From assembly GCA_011389855.1 (NCBI GenBank), contig JAABTM010000001.1, positions 7,827-71,826 on the forward strand: a DNA stretch of 64,000 bases. Direction: 5' to 3'. The position numbers were made by a program, and so were the translations under genes. A model generated the notes under the pieces. It saw only the letters and a program-made list of their open reading frames with translations, did no database searches and was not told the origin of the DNA. Position 1 is the first letter of the stretch; each line of letters begins with the position of its first letter. Shown one piece after another: positions 44,617-55,558 of this stretch. This DNA is from Desulfobacteraceae bacterium. GTDB taxonomy: Bacteria; Desulfobacterota; Desulfobacteria; Desulfobacterales; JAABSP01.

Positions 44617-45942
44617 ATGAAGATCACATGCGAGAAATGCCGGTCCGCCTTCAAGGTCGATGAAAGCCGCATCAAGAAGGAGGGCGCCAAATTCCGCTGC
44701 TCCAAATGCGGTCATGCCTTCGCCATCCGACCCAAAGGGGAGGCCGCCCCTTCGACCGACCCCCCGGCGGCGAACGGCGCCGACGGCGACAAACCGTCCA
44801 TCTCCCCGGAATTGCTGGAACTCAACAAGGACCTCCACTCTCAGATGGAGCGCAAGACCCTGCCCGCCGCCGAAGGCCCCCCGGTGTTCCGGATCATCAA
44901 AAACGACAACTGCCCCCTGTACGAAACCGGGGACGAATTCCAGCTCTCGGGCAAGATATTCCGGGTGCCCGTCAACAAGGCCCCCTGCCTGATCCTGGCC
45001 AGGGACGTGCTCAAGCTGCTCCAGACCCAGGGCGAAACGAACATCGATCCGAACCCGGCCTACAAATGCAGCGGCTGCACCGGCCGCATCCTGTTCAAGT
45101 ACAAACAGCCCGCCAAGGCGGAGGCGCCCCGGGCCCCCGAAGGCAAGCCCGACAATTACATGGGCGCCGTGGTCAGCCTGCTGAGCAGCTTTTCGATCTT
45201 CAAGGGCCTCCAGGAGGACGAGATCCGGGACATTGTCTCCTTGCTGCGGCACAACAATTTCCAGGAGGACGACGTGATCCTGCGCAAGGGGGAACCCGGC
45301 CGCAACCTCTTCATCATCGTCACCGGCAAAGTGGAGGTGGTCAGCGAGGACGGCATGTCCATCGCCTTCATGGGCTCGGGGGATGTCTTCGGCGAAATGA
45401 GCCTCCTGTCCGGCGATCCGGTGGGCGCGACCATCAATGTGGTGGAGCCGAGCACGGTGCTTTTCATCGGCGCCAAGGATTTCAAAAAGGTCCTCAACGA
45501 GATCCCCGGCCTTCAGCTCAACTTCACCCGGCTCCTGGCCCGGCGGATGGCCGAGATCAACCTGGCCCGGTCCGAGGAATTCGCCTCGGGCATGACCGGC
45601 AAGCTGTCGGAAATGCCGCCGGCCGAACTCTTCCAGACCCTCAACGTCAACCAGAAGACCGGCGTGCTGACCCTGAAGCTCCCCCGGGAGTCGGCCTATC
45701 TCTCCTTTCGGGAAGGGGAACTCATCAGCGCCCGGTACCGCAACAAAGAGGGGCAGGAGGCGTTTTTCGAACTGCTCAAGATGAAGGAGGGCCGGTTCAA
45801 GTTCATCCCCGGCCTGTCGCCGGAAGAGATGGAGGCGCCGGAAGTGGGGGACTTCATGCACCTGCTCATGGAAGGCCTCCGGAAGATCGACGAAGACGAC
45901 AAGAATTTCCTCCGCACCATGATCCCTAACCTGACGCAGTGA
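44617..45942 (+). CDS. MJ0042-type zinc ribbon / cyclic-nucleotide-binding / DUF4388 multidomain protein
   Basis: ATG 44617 (Met8 of the track ORF) gives MKITCEKCRSAFKV...FRCSKCGHAF, a zinc ribbon. A Cys-containing middle module follows, then a cNMP-binding domain (GEPGRNLFIIVTGKVEV...FGEMSLL). The C-terminal part is DUF4388/PATAN-like (ELFQTLNVNQKTGVLTL...GRFKF). Confidence 0.75.
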   Translation: MKITCEKCRSAFKVDESRIKKEGAKFRCSKCGHAFAIRPKGEAAPSTDPPAANGADGDKPSISPELLELNKDLHSQMERKTLPAAEGPPVFRIIKNDNCPLYETGDEFQLSGKIFRVPVNKAPCLILARDVLKLLQTQGETNIDPNPAYKCSGCTGRILFKYKQPAKAEAPRAPEGKPDNYMGAVVSLLSSFSIFKGLQEDEIRDIVSLLRHNNFQEDDVILRKGEPGRNLFIIVTGKVEVVSEDGMSIAFMGSGDVFGEMSLLSGDPVGATINVVEPSTVLFIGAKDFKKVLNEIPGLQLNFTRLLARRMAEINLARSEEFASGMTGKLSEMPPAELFQTLNVNQKTGVLTLKLPRESAYLSFREGELISARYRNKEGQEAFFELLKMKEGRFKFIPGLSPEEMEAPEVGDFMHLLMEGLRKIDEDDKNFLRTMIPNLTQ

Positions 45943-45965
45943 TTCTGAGGACCGACTTTTAGCGC

Positions 45966-48272
45966 ATGGAGGACCCTTTGGCGAACGAAACGATGCAAGC
46001 CTTAAACGACGCAGCCACGCTGCTGCTCCAAATCGAACCCGGAGACAGCGACGGCGACCTCGCCCGGCTGAAAGACAGACTGGACGCCTTGGCCGGAGAC
46101 GACGGCGTCCCCGAACCGGCGCGGACCGCCGCGGCCAAGGCCGCGTCCCACGCCGATGCCCTTCTGTCCCCGGACCCGGCCGACCCGACTTTCTCCGACG
46201 GCATCTCCGCCCTGGGCCACGCCATCGAAGCCGCCATGCACGCCCTTGAAGAAGGAACGGCCCTCCCTTCCGCCGCCGACCCGACTCCCGCGGACGAGCC
46301 CATTGTCGCAGCCGCCCCGGAGCCAGAAGCCGTTCCGACGCCGGAACCCCCAAGCCGGCCCGAATCTGCAACTAGCAACCCGCAAACCTACCAACTCCCC
46401 GAAGAGGCCGACCTCGACCTGATGGAAGCCTTTATCGTGGAAAGCAGCGACCTGCTGATCAACGCCGAAGAGGCCCTTCTGTCCCTGGAATCGGACCCCG
46501 GCGACATGGACGCCGTCAGCACGGTCTTCCGGGCCTTCCACACTATCAAAGGGACGTCCTCCTTTCTCGAACTAAACCTCGTCTCCGATCTGGCCCACCT
46601 GGCCGAGACCCTGCTGAGCCGGGTCCGGGACGGGGAAATCCAGTTCGCCGGCGGGTATGCCGACCTGGCCCTCCGGTCCCTGGACGCCCTCAAGGAAACC
46701 ATGGGCGAAGTCCAGTCCGCCCTGGACGGGTCTTCCTATTCGAAGCCGGCGTCCTATGACGGACTCCTAGCCGTCCTGACCGACCCCGAGGCCGCCGGGA
46801 TCTCCGAATCCCGGATCGCGGCCGAAACCCCCGCCCCCGAACCGGAGGCCCCGGTCGCTCCGACCGAACCGGAACCCGAACCGGCGCCCCCGGAACCCGA
46901 ATCGACGCCCCCGGAAGAAGCGGCCGCTCCCCCGTCTCCGCCGGAACCGGCCCCCGCCAAAGCCGAAGCCCCCCCCTGGCAAGACGCGGAGGCCCCGGAC
47001 CGGAAACAGGAGAAATCCGAGCCGAGCCGGGGGATTAAGGATTCCTCCATCCGGGTGCCGGTGGAGCGCCTCGACCGGTTCATCGACATGGTGGGGGAGC
47101 TGGTGGTGGCCCATTCCATGGTGGTCCAGGACGAGACGGTGGCCTCGGGGGGCCGCCACGAGCTGTCCAAAAAAGTGGGGCAGACCAGTAAGATCGTCCG
47201 GGAACTCCAGCGCATGAGCATGTCCATGCGGATGATCCCCCTCAAGGGAACTTTCCAGAAAATGACGCGCCTGGTGCGGGATCTGGCCCGGAAGGCGGGC
47301 AAGAACGTCTCCTTTCTCAACGAAGGGGAGGATACCGAGATCGACCGGAACATGGTGGACATCATCAACGACCCCCTCGTTCACATGGTGCGCAACGCCG
47401 TGGACCACGGCATCGAGAGCCCCGAGGACCGGGAACGGGCCGGCAAGCCGGTCAACGGCATCGTCCAGCTCTCGGCCTACCACTCGGCGGGCAACGTGGT
47501 GGTGGAGATCCGGGACGACGGCCGGGGGCTCGACCGGGAGGCGATCCTGTCCAAGGCCCTGGAGCGGGGGCTGATTCAGTCCATCGACGGGTTGTCGGAC
47601 GAAGAAGTCTTCAGCCTGATTTTCCAGCCCGGGTTCTCTACGGCCCAGAGCGTCTCCGAGGTCTCGGGCCGGGGCGTGGGCATGGACGTAGTCAAGACCA
47701 ATATCGAATCCCTCCGGGGGCAGGTGGAGGTGAAATCCTGGCCCGGACAGGGGTCCGCGGTGAAGATGAGCCTGCCCCTGACCCTGGCCATCATCGACGG
47801 CATGGTGATCCGGGCCGGTGAGCAGAAATTCGTCATCCCCACCATCTCCATCGTGCGATCAGTCCAGCCCTCGGCCGCGGACCTGTCCCGGGTTTTCAAC
47901 CGGGGGGAGATGCTCTCCCTCCAGGGCAAGCTGATACCCATGTTCCGGCTCGGCCGCCTTTTCGACATCCCCGACGCCGCCGCGGACCCCACAAAGGCCA
48001 TCGTGGTGGTGATAGAAGACGACCGGCGGCAGGTCGGCCTCCTGGTGGACGAACTCATCGGAAGCCAGCAGATCGTCATCAAGACCCTGGGGGATGCCCT
48101 GGGCGACATCCCCGGCATCTCGGGCAGCGCCATCATGCCCAACGGCCGGGTCGGCCTGATCCTCGACGTCGGCGGCTTGGTGCGGCTGGCCAATGATTCC
48201 CATTCAGAAAAGCAGGCGATCAATGAACTTAGCCAAAGCGATGACGGCGGAACTGAACGAGAAACAGTTTAA
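45966..48272 (+). CDS. cheA: chemotaxis histidine kinase CheA
   Basis: The Hpt domain (FRAFHTIKGTSSFL) sits after a ~180-aa Ala/Pro-rich extension. Dimerisation, HATPase (NAVDHGIE, DDGRGL, GRGVGMD) and CheW-like domains follow. Confidence 0.9.
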   Translation: MEDPLANETMQALNDAATLLLQIEPGDSDGDLARLKDRLDALAGDDGVPEPARTAAAKAASHADALLSPDPADPTFSDGISALGHAIEAAMHALEEGTALPSAADPTPADEPIVAAAPEPEAVPTPEPPSRPESATSNPQTYQLPEEADLDLMEAFIVESSDLLINAEEALLSLESDPGDMDAVSTVFRAFHTIKGTSSFLELNLVSDLAHLAETLLSRVRDGEIQFAGGYADLALRSLDALKETMGEVQSALDGSSYSKPASYDGLLAVLTDPEAAGISESRIAAETPAPEPEAPVAPTEPEPEPAPPEPESTPPEEAAAPPSPPEPAPAKAEAPPWQDAEAPDRKQEKSEPSRGIKDSSIRVPVERLDRFIDMVGELVVAHSMVVQDETVASGGRHELSKKVGQTSKIVRELQRMSMSMRMIPLKGTFQKMTRLVRDLARKAGKNVSFLNEGEDTEIDRNMVDIINDPLVHMVRNAVDHGIESPEDRERAGKPVNGIVQLSAYHSAGNVVVEIRDDGRGLDREAILSKALERGLIQSIDGLSDEEVFSLIFQPGFSTAQSVSEVSGRGVGMDVVKTNIESLRGQVEVKSWPGQGSAVKMSLPLTLAIIDGMVIRAGEQKFVIPTISIVRSVQPSAADLSRVFNRGEMLSLQGKLIPMFRLGRLFDIPDAAADPTKAIVVVIEDDRRQVGLLVDELIGSQQIVIKTLGDALGDIPGISGSAIMPNGRVGLILDVGGLVRLANDSHSEKQAINELSQSDDGGTERETV

Positions 48273-49056
48273 AAAGATCAGCGCGATCGTTTACGAACTC
48301 TGCGGCATCCACCTCAAGGCGGGCAAAGAAGCCCTGGTGCGGGCCCGGCTCATGAAGCGGCTCCGGGCCCTGGGCATGGAGAGTTTCGACGCGTACATCC
48401 ATTATATCGAGAGCGAAGCGGGGAGCCGGGAACTGGGGATGATGGTGGACGTCATGACCACCAACAAGACGAGCTTTTTCCGGGAACCGGCCCATTTCGA
48501 TTACCTGCGGGACCACGTTCTGCCCACCGTCCACCGACGGCGGATGCGGTTCTGGACCGCCGCCTGCTCGTCGGGGGAAGAACCCTACTCCCTCGCCATT
48601 TTCATCCGGGAGGCCATGCCGGACATCGATCTGAGGGACGTGAAGATCCTGGCGACGGACATCTCCACCCGGATGCTGGAAAAGGCCCGGCGCGCGACCT
48701 TTCCGAGGGAGGCGCTGCGGGAGATCCCCGGACACCTGCTGCAGAAATATTTCGTCAAGACGGCCCTGGCCGCCCCGGACGCGCCGCCCCTGTACCGGGT
48801 CAAGGATCCGGTGCTGGCCATGGTCCGGCTGGCGCGGCTCAATCTCATCGACAAATGGCCCATGAAAGGACCCTTCGACGTCATCTTCTGCCGAAACGTC
48901 ATGATCTATTTCGACCGATCCACCCAGCAGCGGCTCATCAACCGGTTCTGGAACTACCTGGAGCCCGGCGGATACCTCTTCGTCGGCCATTCCGAGGGGC
49001 TGTCGGCCATTTCCCATAAATTTCACTATGTGCGGCCGGCGGTGTATAAGAAATGA
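48223..49056 (+). CDS. cheR: chemotaxis protein methyltransferase CheR
   Basis: TTNKTSFFRE, RFWTAACSSGEEPYSL and FCRNVMIYFD motifs. The start could be 48223 or 48241; either overlaps the cheA 3' end. Confidence 0.88.
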   Translation: MNLAKAMTAELNEKQFKKISAIVYELCGIHLKAGKEALVRARLMKRLRALGMESFDAYIHYIESEAGSRELGMMVDVMTTNKTSFFREPAHFDYLRDHVLPTVHRRRMRFWTAACSSGEEPYSLAIFIREAMPDIDLRDVKILATDISTRMLEKARRATFPREALREIPGHLLQKYFVKTALAAPDAPPLYRVKDPVLAMVRLARLNLIDKWPMKGPFDVIFCRNVMIYFDRSTQQRLINRFWNYLEPGGYLFVGHSEGLSAISHKFHYVRPAVYKK

Positions 49057-49057
49057 A

Positions 49058-49092
49058 GGGACAAAGGGACAAAGGGACAGAGGGACAGAGGG
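49058..49092 (+). repeat. 4.4 tandem units of the 8-nt repeat GGGACA(A/G)A, G-rich strand in mRNA sense
   Basis: GGGACAAA GGGACAAA GGGACAGA GGGACAGA GGG starts 1 nt after the cheR stop codon. It satisfies the G3-N5-G3-N5-G3-N5-G3 pattern. Confidence 0.9.
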
Positions 49093-49102
49093 TGAGCGTT
49101 AC

Positions 49103-49126
49103 AGGCGCTCGGCGCCTTGGTTTTTT
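49103..49126 (+). terminator. canonical intrinsic terminator between cheR and cheD
   Basis: AGGCGC-TCG-GCGCCT stem-loop followed by TGG TTTTTT. It lies inside the spacer between the two inverted octamer arrays. Confidence 0.65.
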
Positions 49127-49170
49127 GATACATCCGTTGTTCCCGGCGCATATGATCTTCCACCCTTGGG

Positions 49171-49246
49171 CCTTTGTCCCTCTGTCCCTCTGTCCCTTTG
49201 TCCCTCTGTCCCTCTGTCCCTCTGTCCCTCTGTCCCTCTGTCCCTC
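49171..49246 (-). repeat. about 9.5 tandem units of the same 8-nt repeat in inverted orientation
   Basis: The plus strand reads CCTTTGTC CCTCTGTC CCTCTGTC CCTTTGTC then CCTCTGTC x5 and CCTC, ending 9 nt before the cheD ATG. It is the reverse complement of the array at 49058-49092. Confidence 0.9.
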
Positions 49247-49255
49247 GGTGTTTCA

Positions 49256-49729
49256 ATGAAACACGTCGTCTACGTAGGGGACATGAAAACCGGGGAGCGG
49301 GAGGACATGCTCGTGACCCATGCGCTGGGAAGCTGCCTGGGGCTGATGGTCTACGACCCCGTGGCCCAGGTGGGGGGGTTGCTCCACGCCATGCTTCCGC
49401 TGTCGAGCATCAATCCCCAGAAGGCCAGGGCCAATCCCTACATGTTCGTGGACACCGGGGTTCCCACGCTTTTCAAGACCCTGTACCACATGGGGGGACA
49501 GAAATCGCGCCTCATCGTCAAGGTGGCCGGATGCGGAAAGCCGCTGGGCAACGACGCGATGTTCAAGATCGGAGAGCGGAATTACACGGTCTTGAAAAAA
49601 CTGCTCTGGAAAAACAACGTACTGCTGCAAGCGGAACAGGTTGGCGGCACGGCCAGCCGCACGGTCCATTTCGACCTGTCGACGGGCCGCACCACCATCA
49701 GCAGCGGCGGCGCCAAAACCGATTTATAG
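49256..49729 (+). CDS. cheD: CheD-family chemoreceptor glutamine deamidase (short paralogue 1)
   Basis: [10 protein letters not shown]...[29 protein letters not shown] carries Thr21, Cys27 and His44 at canonical CheD positions. The ATG at 49256 is in frame within track ORF 49028..49729, whose upstream part is repeat read-through. Confidence 0.8.
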   Translation: MKHVVYVGDMKTGEREDMLVTHALGSCLGLMVYDPVAQVGGLLHAMLPLSSINPQKARANPYMFVDTGVPTLFKTLYHMGGQKSRLIVKVAGCGKPLGNDAMFKIGERNYTVLKKLLWKNNVLLQAEQVGGTASRTVHFDLSTGRTTISSGGAKTDL

Positions 49730-49751
49730 GGGGGAAGAAGAAAGGACGATA

Positions 49752-51233
49752 ATGAAACAAATGGGCGTGAGAAAAAAGATGGGGACGGTCACGGTGATCA
49801 TGATCTTGGTCTCCATTCTGGTGGCCGCGAGCTTCAGCATCTACGATTATGTCCGGGAACGGGGTCGGATGGCCGAAAATTTCAACGAAATGATCGATCC
49901 CATCGCCAAGCGGCTGGCCAACGGCATCCAGAGGCCGCTCTGGTTCCTGGACGAAAGCCTGACGGAAAAGCTCATCGAACTGGAGATGATAGACAAACGG
50001 GTCTACGGCGTGGTGGTCCGGGAATCCGACGGCAAGACCGTTTTCGCCGCCAAGAAGCGGAACGCCGACTGGGCGGTCGTGGACGCCGAAGGCGCCATGG
50101 AAAACGGATACGTGGTCAAGGAAGAACCCATCCAGTACGAGGGCAAGACCATTGGGACCGTCGAAGTGTATTTCACCACCCGGTTCATGCAGGAGGCCCT
50201 GAACGATCTCATCGTCTCGATCGTCGTCAAGGTGGTGGTCATGAGCGTGCTCCTGGTCTCCATCCTGCTCTTCATCGTCAACCGGTTTTTCATCCGCCCC
50301 ATCTCGGAAGTGACCGTCGGGCTGGACGACATCAGCACGGAAGTGAATCTGGCCGTTGAACAGGTGGCCGAGACCAGTCAGCATCTCACCGACGGCGCCT
50401 CCCGGCAGGCCTCGTCCGTGGAAGAGACCTCCGCATCCCTGGAGGAAATGAATTCCATGATCCGGCAGAGCGCCGAAAACCTCAAGCACGCCAGCGGCGT
50501 GATGTCGGAGACGGGCCAGGTGGTCGGGGACGCGGCCCGGTCCATGTCCCGGCTGACCGATTCCATGGCCGACATCTCCAAGACCGGCGAAGAGACGCGG
50601 AAGGTCATCAAGACCATCGAGGAGATCGCCTTCCAGACAAACCTCCTGGCCCTCAACGCGGCCGTGGAGGCGGCCCGGGCCGGCGAGGTGGGGGCCGGGT
50701 TCGCCGTGGTGGCCGAGGAGGTCCGGAACCTGGCCATCCGCTCCAGCGACGCGGCCCGGAACACGGCGGACCTCATCGAGGCTTCCATTCAGGGCATCCA
50801 GAACGGCTCCGAGGTTGTCTTCAAGACCAACGACGCCTTCAAAAGCGTGGCCGATGGCGCCAAAAAGGTGGAATCCCTGCTGACCGAGGTGACGGCCGCC
50901 TCCCAGGAACAGGCTCAGGGCATTCAGCAAATCAACTCCGCCATGTCGGAGATCGACAAGGTCACCCAGGAAAACACCGGTTCCGCCGAGAACATGACCG
51001 CGGCCCTGGAAGGGATCAACGGGCAGGTGTATCACATCAAAACCTATGTCCGAAAGCTGCTGGGGCTCATCGGCGCCAAAGGCGGGGCCGCCGGACCGCG
51101 GCGTCAGGACCGGCAATCCCGGCAAGCCTACCTTCCGGAAAGCGACGACGACACGTTTCTCCTGGACGAGGACTGGGAGCGGCAAGCTTCCCAAAAACGG
51201 AAAGCGCTGCCGGAAACGACCGAAAAGGAATAG
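49752..51233 (+). CDS. methyl-accepting chemotaxis protein
   Basis: ATG 49752 (Met38 of the track ORF). Two TM helices flank a ~150-aa periplasmic region. The signalling domain core [38 protein letters not shown] is highly conserved. Confidence 0.88.
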   Translation: MKQMGVRKKMGTVTVIMILVSILVAASFSIYDYVRERGRMAENFNEMIDPIAKRLANGIQRPLWFLDESLTEKLIELEMIDKRVYGVVVRESDGKTVFAAKKRNADWAVVDAEGAMENGYVVKEEPIQYEGKTIGTVEVYFTTRFMQEALNDLIVSIVVKVVVMSVLLVSILLFIVNRFFIRPISEVTVGLDDISTEVNLAVEQVAETSQHLTDGASRQASSVEETSASLEEMNSMIRQSAENLKHASGVMSETGQVVGDAARSMSRLTDSMADISKTGEETRKVIKTIEEIAFQTNLLALNAAVEAARAGEVGAGFAVVAEEVRNLAIRSSDAARNTADLIEASIQGIQNGSEVVFKTNDAFKSVADGAKKVESLLTEVTAASQEQAQGIQQINSAMSEIDKVTQENTGSAENMTAALEGINGQVYHIKTYVRKLLGLIGAKGGAAGPRRQDRQSRQAYLPESDDDTFLLDEDWERQASQKRKALPETTEKE

Positions 51234-51278
51234 ATGCCCGAGAGAACAGGGCAAGGGGTTTAATGAAAAGGGGAGACC

Positions 51279-52127
51279 ATGAATCCTGAGATCGTGGAAC
51301 GGATCGAGACCGACGCAGCCGCCTTCGCCGCCCGGCATCGGGATGCGGCCGGGGCGCTGCTCGACATCCGGACTTCGTCCGCCGCCGCCGTCTCCGGACG
51401 GCTGGACGCGGCGGATTCCCGGATCGCCGACATCGCCCTCAATCTAATCAACAGCGGGTATTTCGGCCTTCCCCGAAACGCCAAATCGATCCCCCACGCC
51501 CATGAAATGATGGGCGGCGAGCGGTTGGCCCAGGCGGTTCTGGCCGCGTGGGCCCATGGCCTGCTGTCGGCGCCGGTCGCCGGATACGACCTGCCGGCCG
51601 GGGACCTCTGGCGGCACGCCCTGGGGGTGTCCATCGCCTCGGAGAACCTGGCGGAAGCGGTCCGGGTCGATGGGGGCCGGACCGCCTTCACCGCCGGGAT
51701 CTTCCACGATATCGGGAAGCGGGTTCTGGGACCTTACGTGGCCGATGCGTCGGACGACATCGAACGGAAAACCGAAGAGGGAGTCTCCTTCGAAGCTGCG
51801 GAAGCCGCCGTGCTGGGGATCGACCACGCGGCCCTGAGCGGCCGGATCCTCTCGGCCTGGCATTTTCCCCGGGAACTGATCGAAGCCGTCCGCTGGAGCC
51901 ACGTTCCGGACGGGATGGACCCGCCCTCCCTTCTGGCGGATCTCCTCCATGTCAGCAACGTCCTGTGCCTGACCATCGGCATCGGCATGGGAAAAGAGGG
52001 ATTGAAATACAAAGCATCTCCGGCGGCCACCAAACGGCTCAACGCCAAAATCGGGACGCTTGAACTGGTGGCCAGTCATACGCTACAATGGACGAACGAA
52101 CTGGCCGATCCGTCCGGCGCCGTCTGA
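51279..52127 (+). CDS. HDOD domain protein
   Basis: GIFHDIGKRVL...GIDHAALSGRILSAWHFP pattern typical of HDOD. Confidence 0.8.
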   Translation: MNPEIVERIETDAAAFAARHRDAAGALLDIRTSSAAAVSGRLDAADSRIADIALNLINSGYFGLPRNAKSIPHAHEMMGGERLAQAVLAAWAHGLLSAPVAGYDLPAGDLWRHALGVSIASENLAEAVRVDGGRTAFTAGIFHDIGKRVLGPYVADASDDIERKTEEGVSFEAAEAAVLGIDHAALSGRILSAWHFPRELIEAVRWSHVPDGMDPPSLLADLLHVSNVLCLTIGIGMGKEGLKYKASPAATKRLNAKIGTLELVASHTLQWTNELADPSGAV

Positions 52128-52171
52128 CGTCCGGGAAACCATCATCAAAGAGCCTGTTGAAAGGTTCGATT

Positions 52172-52558
52172 ATGCCCATGAACATACTGATCGTCGACGA
52201 TAGCGCGGTCATGCGGTCCATGATCCTGAAGTCCCTTCGCATGGCCGGCCTGGATATCGCGGCGGCCCACCAGGCAACCAACGGGCTGGAGGGGCTGACC
52301 CTCCTCAACGAACATCCCATCGACGTCGTCATCGCCGACATCAACATGCCGGTGATGAACGGCGAGGAGATGATCCAGCGGATGAAAGCCGACGACAAGA
52401 CCAAAAACATTCCGGTCCTGGTCATCTCCACCGAGGGGAGCGAAACACGGAAAGAGAGCCTGAAAGAACAGGGCGTCGCATTTATCCATAAACCCTTTTC
52501 ACCGGAACAGATCCGGGACACCATGAACGCGATTCACAACAGCGCGGGGAGGACGTGA
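52172..52558 (+). CDS. cheY: CheY-like single-domain response regulator (copy 1)
   Basis: ATG 52172 (Met29 of the track ORF). ILIVDDS...VVIADINMPVMNG...VLVISTEG...FIHKPF motifs; 128 aa. Confidence 0.88.
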   Translation: MPMNILIVDDSAVMRSMILKSLRMAGLDIAAAHQATNGLEGLTLLNEHPIDVVIADINMPVMNGEEMIQRMKADDKTKNIPVLVISTEGSETRKESLKEQGVAFIHKPFSPEQIRDTMNAIHNSAGRT

Positions 52559-53046
52559 TGACGGACCAGGTAAAAGAGACGATCTACCGGGTGGCGGAGG
52601 ATGTGTTTGAGAAGCTGGCGTTTCTGTTCTCTTTCCGGGAAGAAGAAAGAGAGCCCATGGATTACGGCGCGGCGGCGGTGGCCGGCGTGACCTTTACGGG
52701 CCAGTTCGAGGGGCGGCTGGCCCTGGCGGTCTCCGAGGAGGTGCTGCCGGAACTGGCCGCCAACATGCTGGGCATCGAAGAGGAGACGACCCGGGAAGAG
52801 CAGCAGGACGCCCTCAAGGAACTCATCAACGTCGTCTGCGGCAACCTCCTGCCAGAGCTGGCGGGCCGGAAAAAGATGTTCAACGTCAACGCCCCGCTGA
52901 TCCTCTCCCCCGAGGAGATCGGCGTCGTCACCGCGGCGCCGCCCGCCGCCGCCGCCAAACTGGCCCTGGAAGACGGCCAGTGCGACCTGATGCTCTATCT
53001 GGACGAAGGCGTCTCCCTCGACCCGGAGTCGTCCGAGGCGCCATAG
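52555..53046 (+). CDS. cheX: CheX/CheC-family CheY-P phosphatase
   Basis: It contains the exact phosphatase consensus D-x3-E-x2-N-x22-P, as DALKELINVVCGNLLPELAGRKKMFNVNAP. The start is GTG 52555 or ATG 52558, overlapping the cheY stop. Confidence 0.8.
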   Translation: MMTDQVKETIYRVAEDVFEKLAFLFSFREEEREPMDYGAAAVAGVTFTGQFEGRLALAVSEEVLPELAANMLGIEEETTREEQQDALKELINVVCGNLLPELAGRKKMFNVNAPLILSPEEIGVVTAAPPAAAAKLALEDGQCDLMLYLDEGVSLDPESSEAP

Positions 53047-53089
53047 GCGGCGCCATTCACCCCCTTTATGGTTGGAGTTAATTGGATCC

Positions 53090-53542
53090 ATGAAACATAT
53101 TGTCTTAGTCGGGAATATGAAGGTCGGGAAAGAGGGAGACACCATCGTGACCTACGCGCTGGGGACGAGCCTGGGCTTGATCGCCTACGACCCGGTGGCC
53201 AAGATCGGCGGTCTGCTCCACGCCATGCTGCCCCTGTCGAAATCCGATCCCAAAAAAGCTGAGGCCAACCCCTGCATCTTCGTGGACACCGGGGTTCCCA
53301 AACTGCTGGATGAGATCTACAATATGGGCGGCGAAAAATCCCGGGTGGTGATCAAAGCCGCCGGATGCTCGCGGCCGGAGGGCGACAACGAAATGTTCAA
53401 GATCGGCGAGAAGAATTACGCCGTCCTCAAAAAGATCCTGTGGAAAAACAACATCCTCCTGGAAACGGAAGATGTGGGCGGCGCCGCCAACAGGACGGTC
53501 CAGTTCAACATATCCACGGGCGAAATGACCGTCACATCCTGA
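53090..53542 (+). CDS. CheD-family paralogue 2 with Ser in place of the catalytic Cys
   Basis: MKHIVLVGNM...[29 protein letters not shown]. By eye it is roughly three fifths identical to paralogue 1. Position 27 is Ser (codon 53168-53170), and Thr21 and His44 are retained. Confidence 0.75.
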   Translation: MKHIVLVGNMKVGKEGDTIVTYALGTSLGLIAYDPVAKIGGLLHAMLPLSKSDPKKAEANPCIFVDTGVPKLLDEIYNMGGEKSRVVIKAAGCSRPEGDNEMFKIGEKNYAVLKKILWKNNILLETEDVGGAANRTVQFNISTGEMTVTS

Positions 53543-53612
53543 CGCCGCGCCCCTACGGGACCGTCAATCCAATTTCCCACGCCCCCGGCGTGGTCGCGAT
53601 AAAGAGGTTAAA

Positions 53613-55550
<1,938 letters not shown>

Positions 55551-55558
55551 CCACCGCC

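Noticed and set aside
49058-49246. Whether the octamer arrays could be a CRISPR array.
   Set aside because: The unit is only 8 nt, the repeats are contiguous with no spacers, and no cas genes are present. These are microsatellite-like tandem repeats, not CRISPR.
49028-49255. N-terminal extension of the cheD ORF reading through the repeats (..[17 protein letters not shown]..), and similar repeat-derived ORFs (49053..49259, 49174..49752, 49026..49256, 29533..29895).
   Set aside because: These are translations of the octamer arrays and the terminator-containing spacer. The CheD homology starts exactly at Met 49256.
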